Below are positions 56,625-64,000 of a DNA stretch of 64,000 nucleotides, piece after piece (the stretch's first letter is position 1; every line of letters starts with the position of its first letter). The notes below the pieces were generated by a model that worked only from the letters and a program-made list of their open reading frames with translations, searched no databases and was not told the origin of the DNA. Made by a program: the position numbers and the translations under genes. Source of the DNA: Eledone cirrhosa (Eukaryota); assembly GCA_964016885.1 (NCBI GenBank), contig OZ024757.1, positions 14,694,001 to 14,758,000 on the forward strand, written 5' to 3'.

Positions 56625-59588
56625 CTCACTTCTATGTAAATATACATACATATATATTAAAAACACATACCATATACCATCATAATAACGATTGACTAAC
56701 CATCAGGACACATACTTGCTCATGTGAGAATTTTCACAGAGACACTTACGAAAACCGAACTTGCAACGCCACGTACACTTACATACACATATATGTACAT
56801 ACACACATACGTACATACACATATAGAACAGGTATGACTTATATAGGTACATCAAAGTTTGGGTTTCGCTATTGTACCATTTGAGGTAGTTAGAAAGAAG
56901 TACCAGTGTAGTACTGGAGGTCGATTCTTCTATATCTCTTTCTCAATTCCTTTCTCTCACTCTCTATCATTCTCTGTAAGACATCTGTGACCAGATCTGG
57001 GGTGGAGATTGGATCTGTCAACTTTTACAAAATACCCGAGACTCCCTCACAAGTTATAGGTCCCTACCTACATATATGACAGATTCTTTATTTAGATCTC
57101 TTTTACTCGATGATGCAAGACAAGTTTTCAGTGAGTCAGAAAGGAATATTTGTGATATGAAGGGAGAACCTCTCTGAATAAATATTAGATAGTTAAGATG
57201 CTACGTAAAGAAGGCGGTGACAACATCGAGTATCACAGATGCCATGTGGAAATAGACATCGACATATATATACAAAGATAGGGGACCTTATCATCATAGA
57301 CAGTTGGGCTTATGAACACACACACACATATTTATATACATACATATATATACGTATTTATATATATATGTGGCTTCTGCAGGACTAGAACTGTTTCATT
57401 CGGAAGAAATCAAGGGCTTTCCTGGTGATTTCTTCCGAATGAAACAGTTCTAGTCCTGTAGAAGCCATTTCTATATTAAATATTATTTATTAAGTATTTA
57501 TATTCTGCTATGTAATGAGTACCTTACTTACTGTGGTTACCGCCGATTGAACCCGGGATAAACATATATATATATATATATACATACGAGTGCACAGGTA
57601 TTTGGTGTCCTCAAGTTAACACTAAGGATTCCGCCCGATGTCCCGTCACGCATTACTACATCTTCGAGTAAATGTTGATTAGTAAACAAACCGTGTATCT
57701 CACATGTAAGAGGGAAAGCCATAGCAAGTGTTGAGGATAAGAGACGTGTGAAAATAATAATAATAATAGTGTTAAAATTATTAATAGTAGTAGTTGTAAT
57801 GATAAAGTGAGGGGGACAATGTTATTATAAATACTTATGTACACACAAGCTTACACATATCTACACACGTACATACATAAACATTTATAAATAAAAGACT
57901 AAGCTGATAAAAAGAACATATATTACCGTATGAGTTTGGAACGATACACATGACGTTGAGTTCTTGAATCTGATCCCAAAAAGCTGCAAAAAATTAGTAA
58001 AACCCCCTTATTTTATATAGATCCTGGTCAAGATAGAAACCCAGACCAGGATATCCACCGTCTCTCGCTACAGAGACAGCTTCAAAATAATATTAAAAAT
58101 TAATATTTATAAACTTACTTTTTATTTTGGAAGATTAATTGAAGTGTTGCTGTTATTAGAAAGGGTCGACTTTGTCTTTCATAATTCAGGGGCTTTCATG
58201 AAGTAAATATTCATTTTATTTCTTAATGCCCTAGTGTTGATTTGAACCTACAATGACTTCGTCTGCAATAATGTTCACTAATTTAAAATCTGTCATACGT
58301 AAATCCTGTGTGCGACTTAGAAATAAATTGTGAAATGTCACTTTTAAATATTTACCAATGTAAGATTGGAACCTACAGTGATGTGCTTTGCAGTAATGTC
58401 CCGCAACTCCAACTAGATTGCGCTAAGCTTATATATTTCTTTCGTCCGAGCAACATAATGGTTTCGATCCCAGTTCGCTACTGGTACAAGAAATAATTTA
58501 AAGAAATTCTATATCCCCAGCTAAATATTGAATTCCTAATGACATTTTATGTTAATATCAATAACCCCATTACACACTGCATATCTAAACCCTGAACACG
58601 CATATTTATAACTCAATTCCTAATTTTTAAATGATATTACACGACCTTTGTGTTCTCGGTGTAAATCCTGTCGATAATTTACAATTTTAGAGCAGCAAAA
58701 TAGAGTACCAGTCATTTTATGGGTTCAATTTAATCGATCGGCTTCTCCCCGTCCATCACTTGACATTTGCCAAACAAAGACACACAAATAGTGTATATAT
58801 ATATATATATGATACGACAAATTTGAAATAAATTACGTGTTTAATTAAGAAATTATAATTATTTAGTAATAATATTTTTATTGTTTGTTTTCACTGCATT
58901 AACTGCCGAGTGTGACTTTTATTTTTCTTACTATGTTCTACTACTGTAAATGGCGGCTGAGACGTTATTGGATTATTACTAAGGTTTACTGGATGATGGC
59001 GTTTCCTTATTGCATTATTTTACAAACAGAGGACATCGGAACCTCTCTCTATATACCTGGGATAAATGTAAGGAGCATTGTTATTTTATATATAGTACAA
59101 TGGTCATCTCTTCTTATATTTACATTTTCTCCAATTCTGTATTTTGAATATTTCTATTATGTCACTCGTGTGATTAATCTCCTCCAAAGTTGTAATTCTC
59201 AGTGTTTGTCCTTGGTATAGTGAACTAATTTTGATATACTCTTTATAATTTTATCCTGTCTCCCCTAAGATTTATCTCCTCTTAATTTACAAAAGTTTTT
59301 CATCTTCCTTCGCAAGTCAGATCCCTAAATAATTCTAGTGTCTTCTGTTTTCTTCTTCTCTGGGTTGCTTCAAGAGCCTCACCGTTTTTTGGGATGTCGG
59401 TTGACCATGGCCCAAAACAATATTCTCAGAGGAATCACACATATTCATGTAGAGTTTTAGATTTTTCAGCATTTAGTTAGGAAAAAGAGTGTAAAATAAG
59501 CTCGTTATTTGCTCAACATTCGATACCAAAACATGCTTCCTGTTCATAACTTCGTTGTACGAATATAATAATTAAAGTATATATTCAA

Positions 59589-59627
<39 letters not shown>

Positions 59628-62360
59628 CTGCTTATTAACTCTTTCCCGAAACATTTATTTCTTAAAAAAAATATAAGATGTCTCAATAATTATTCCATTT
59701 CAATCACTTTCTCATTTCAGTTTTCTTTAGAAATGTCTTGGCGTTGAAGATACATACATTTGTCCTTCTCATAGTAATTAGCTTGTCTCAAAATTGTTCG
59801 TATTGTTTCCATGTTTACTGTCACAAACTATCGTTAATTCAAGATTTTGCTCTAATGTAATAAATGCTACTTTTAAAAGACTGAAGCTCTCAATTGTTTC
59901 TTTCTCTTGTATATTGATATCTAAACAATGACAAATGTATGTGTTATGTGGTAGGAGAAAAAACTGACAGCCTTCTTCCCTCGCTCTAGAAGGCTAACTG
60001 TCAATGCCGTTCGTAGGAGTGACAAGTACTCGACAAGAGTGAACATCACATGTTTAGTAATGGTCACCTCTTACTGCCTTTTATATATGATGTTAACTGG
60101 AAAGACTTGTCAAGTATGGATACACTCTCTCCTTATCAATATTGTCCGAGGACATTTTCTCCCTGGTTAAGGAGTGAGATAAAATATTAGGGATCAATCT
60201 CTAGCAATAATTTAATTAAATTATAGTTAACCAAAACTGTTATGTCGTGTTTGTTGTTAGATTTTATAGTCGTGGTTTCAATGTTTATCAGTGGTTGTAG
60301 AATTAGTTTTATCTAATTATTATCAAACAAAAATGATGTATATATTGTCGTTGTACGTTGAAATCACATATATACACACCAATGATAGAATTGAAAACCA
60401 TTGCAGGATCAAATCTAACACACATATATATATATAATAATCTCAGTCAGGAATCTCTCGAGAAATTTAATTTTTTTTAATTTTTCATAAAATGAAATAA
60501 AAAGAGCGATTGCAGGAATCTGACTAAGATCGAACCCCAGACCAGGATCACCACCACCTCTAATACTTACCACTAGTCCACAGAGACGATTATAAAAACA
60601 AATTTCTGTAGAACCTGATAGAGATTGAACCCGTAACCAGTATCACCACTGTCTTCAAATATACCTAACTGTACAATGGATTTCATACATTTTCCAATAT
60701 ATATATGCTTATATACTTATATTTACTTCTACCTGGAGTTTCGACCGATAGATAGTATTAGCAATTAGAAAGAATATTTCAGAAAGGAATATTTGTGATA
60801 TGAAGGGAGAACTTCTCTGAATAAATGTTAGATAGTTAAGATGCTACGTAAAGCAGGCGGTGACAACATCGAGTACCAGAGATGCCATGTGGAAATAGAC
60901 ATCGACATATATATATACAAAGATAGGGGGACCTTATCATCATAGACACTTGGGCTTATGAACACACATGTGTGTGTGTGTGTGTGTGCGGCTGGCTTCT
61001 GCAGGACTAGAACGGTTTCATTCGGAAGAAATCAAGGGCTTTCCTGATGGTTTTTTCCGAATGAAACAGTTCTAGCCCCGTAGAAGACATTTCTATATGA
61101 AATATTTATACTCTGATATATATTGAGTACCTTACTTACTGTGGCTTTCATGCCTTTCTTAGTGTTGCTGTTACTAGAAAGGGTCGACTTTGTCTTTCAG
61201 GAAGTAAATATTCATTTTATTTCTTAACGCGTTGATTTGAACCTACCATGACTTCGTCTGCAATAATGTTCACTAATTTCAAATCTGCCATACCTAAATC
61301 CTGTGTGCGACTTACAAATAAATTGTTAAACATCACTTTTATCAATGTAAGATTGGAACCTACAGTGATGTCCTGTAACGCCAACTAGATTGCGCTAAGC
61401 TTGTATATTTCTTTCGTCCGAATAACAATGGTTTCGATCCCAGTTCGCTACTGGTACAAGAAATAATTTAAAGAAATCCTATATCCCCAGCTAAATATTG
61501 AATTCCTAACGACATTTTATGTTACTTAATACCAATAACCCCGTTATACACTGAATATCTAAGCCCTGAACACACATATTTATAACTCAATTTCTAAATG
61601 ATATTACACCACCTTTGTGTTCTCGGTGGATATTAATTTACAAGTTTATAGGTTCCATTTAATCGATCGGCTTCTCCCCATCAATCACTTGACATTTGCC
61701 AAACAGTATACGACAAATTTGAAATAAATTAGGTGTTTAATTAAGAAAAAGAATTATTGAAAGTAAGAAATTATAATTATTTAGTAATAATATTTTGTTT
61801 GTTTTCACTGCATTTACTGCTGAGTGTGACTTATTTTTTTACTGTAAATGGCGGCTGCCACGATATTGGATTATTATTAAGGTTTACTGGATGACGGCGT
61901 TTCCATAGTGTATTATTTTACAAACAGTGGATAACTTTCTAAATACCTGGAATAAATGTAAGAAACTTTTTTTTGTATTTTTTCATCCTCAGAACAAAGG
62001 TCATCTCTTATATTTACATTTTCTTCCCCAATTCTGTATTTTGAAGTCCTTTCAGTATTTTAAATATTTCCATCATGTCACTCGTTAGAATTACAACTTT
62101 GGAGGAGACTAATCAAAGTGTTTGTCTTTGGTATAGTGAACTAATGTTGATATTTTCAAGTCTTGACATTTATATGGAATAGTGTACTAATATTTAAATA
62201 GTCTTTATATTTTTATCCTGTCTCCAAGATTTTAGATTTTTCAGCATTTAGCTAGGAAAAAGAACGTTTTATTATTTCCATTATCAGTCTCGCTGTTTTG
62301 CTTCAACATGGTTAGCCATCTTTCAATTCTTATTCATAAACATTCACAATTCTTCTGAGA
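52528..62360. repeat. Degenerate tandem segmental duplication (units start near 52528, 58810 and 61707)
   Basis: atacgacaaatttgaaataaatta and the following blocks recur collinearly; later copies are progressively deleted. Confidence 0.9.
54460..55090. repeat. Degenerate tRNA-like repeats (one plus copy, three minus copies); relatives at 58020 and 60510
   Basis: A-box-like TAGTCTAGTGG and B-box-like GGTTCAATC/GTTCGATC, each preceded by aagtaggtttataaatattaatttt. Confidence 0.55.
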
Positions 62361-64000
62361 GAAACAAGAGATGAGAGGAACGAGAGAGAGAAGAGAGGTG
62401 AGAGGAACGAAAAAGAGATGAGAAACGAGAGAGACGAACGAGAGAGACGAACGAGAGAGACGAACGAGAGAAACGAACGAGAGAAACGAACGAGAGAAAG
62501 ATGAAACTAGAGAGAGAGATGAAACTAGAGAGAGAGATGAAACTAGAGAGAGATGAAACGATAGAGAGAGAGTGGAAACGATAAAGTGAGAGAGAGAGTG
62601 ATATAACGAGAGAGAGAGGTGAAACGAGAGAGAGAGAGAGATAAATGAAACGAAAGAGATGAAACGAGAGAGAGGGATGGAAGGAGAGAGAGGGGGATGG
62701 ATGTAGAGAGAGGGATGGATGTAGAGAGAGAGGGATAGGAACGGATAGAGAGGGAGGGATAGAGAGAGTGAGACGGATGTAGCGAGTGAGAGGGGTGGAT
62801 AGGAGAGAGAGGGATGGAGAGAAAGGGATGGAGAGAGAGGGACGGAAGGATAGATGGATGGATGGAGAGAGGGATGGAAGGAGAGAGAGGGATAGAGAGA
62901 GAGGGACGGAAGGATGGATAGAGAATTGGATGGAGAGAGAGGGATGGATAGATGGAGAGAGAGAAGGATAGAGAGAGCGGGAGGGATGGATAGATGGAGA
63001 GAGAAGGATAGAGAGAGCGGGAGGGATGGATAGATGGAGAGAGAAGGATAGAGAGAGCGGGATTGATGGAGAGAGAGAGATGGATGGATAGAAGGAGGGA
63101 TGGATAGGAGAGATAGTGAGAGAGGGATGGATGGAAAGAGAGAGAGGGATGGATGGAAAGAGAGAGAGGGATGGAGAGGGATGGATGGATAGAGAGAGCG
63201 GGACGGATAGAGAGAGCGGGATGGCTGGAGAGGGATGGATGGGGAGAGAGACAGAGGGATGGAGAGAGAGAGAGAGGGGCGGATAGAGAGAGAGGGACGG
63301 ATGGATGGATAGAAAGGGATGGATAGAGAGAGAGAGAGGGATGGAAAGAGAGAGAGAGGGACGGATGGATGGATAGAAAGGGATGGATAGAGAGAGAAAG
63401 GGATGGATAGAGAGAGAGAGTGAGAGGGATGGATAGTGAGAGGGATGGATGGAAGGAGAGAGAGGGATGGATGTAGAGAGATTGGAGAGAGGGAGGTATG
63501 GAGAGAGAGAGAGGGATGGATGGATGGGTAGAGAGAGGGATGGATGGGTAGAGAGGGACGGATAGAGAGAGAGAGAGAGTGCGGGATGGATGGAGAGAGA
63601 GGTGGATGGAGAGAGAGAGAGAGAGAGAGCGGGATGGAGAGAGAGAGAGAGAGCGGGATGGAGAGAGAGAGAGAGAGCGGGATGGCTGGAGAGGGATGGC
63701 TGGATAGAGAGAGAGAGAGAGATGGAGAGGGATGGATGGATGGATAGAGAGAGCGGGACGGATAGAGAGGGATGGGGAGAGAGAGAGAGATGGATAGAGA
63801 GACAGAGGGATGGAGAGAGAGGGGCGGATAGAGAGAGAGGGACGGATGGATGGATAGAAAGAGAGAGGGACGGATGGATAGAAAGAGAAAGGGATGGAGA
63901 GAAGGAGAGATAGAGAGAGAGAGAGGGATGGATGGAAAGAGAGAGGGATGGAGAGGGATGGAAAGAGAGAGAGGGATGGAGAGGGATGGAAAGAGAGAGA
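62360..64000. repeat. GA/GGAT-rich purine satellite
   Basis: Read directly from the sequence. Confidence 0.95.

Overview
Eukaryotic, repeat-dense DNA with (TA)n/(CA)n microsatellites and tRNA-derived SINEs. The repeat landscape suggests a coleoid cephalopod such as Octopus (inference). Almost all ORF-track entries are microsatellite artefacts. Supported content: (1) a minus-strand spliced C1orf21/DUF4612-like gene, exons 45357-45537, 42850-43286, 39018-39072 and 37727-37759, with one unresolved phase gap; (2) an intact two-ORF Tx1/L1-clade LINE (31312-37390) in an (ATT)n tract that also holds two R4/Dong-like fragments; (3) a probable first exon and promoter of a second minus-strand gene near 10.8-11.0 kb; (4) hAT, piggyBac-like and Tc1/mariner MITEs, several with internal minisatellite expansions; (5) a 1.9-kb inverted 35-bp satellite. 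The most striking signal is a set of unrelated small elements sitting in (TA)n tracts that carry minimal type I hammerhead ribozymes of the Penelope/retrozyme type. I count 10 canonical-core copies, a family with a recurrent CAGAAGA core variant, and several decayed copies. Many lie in near-perfect foldback palindromes, so both strands encode a ribozyme. All structures were read by eye; no folding or database search was run.
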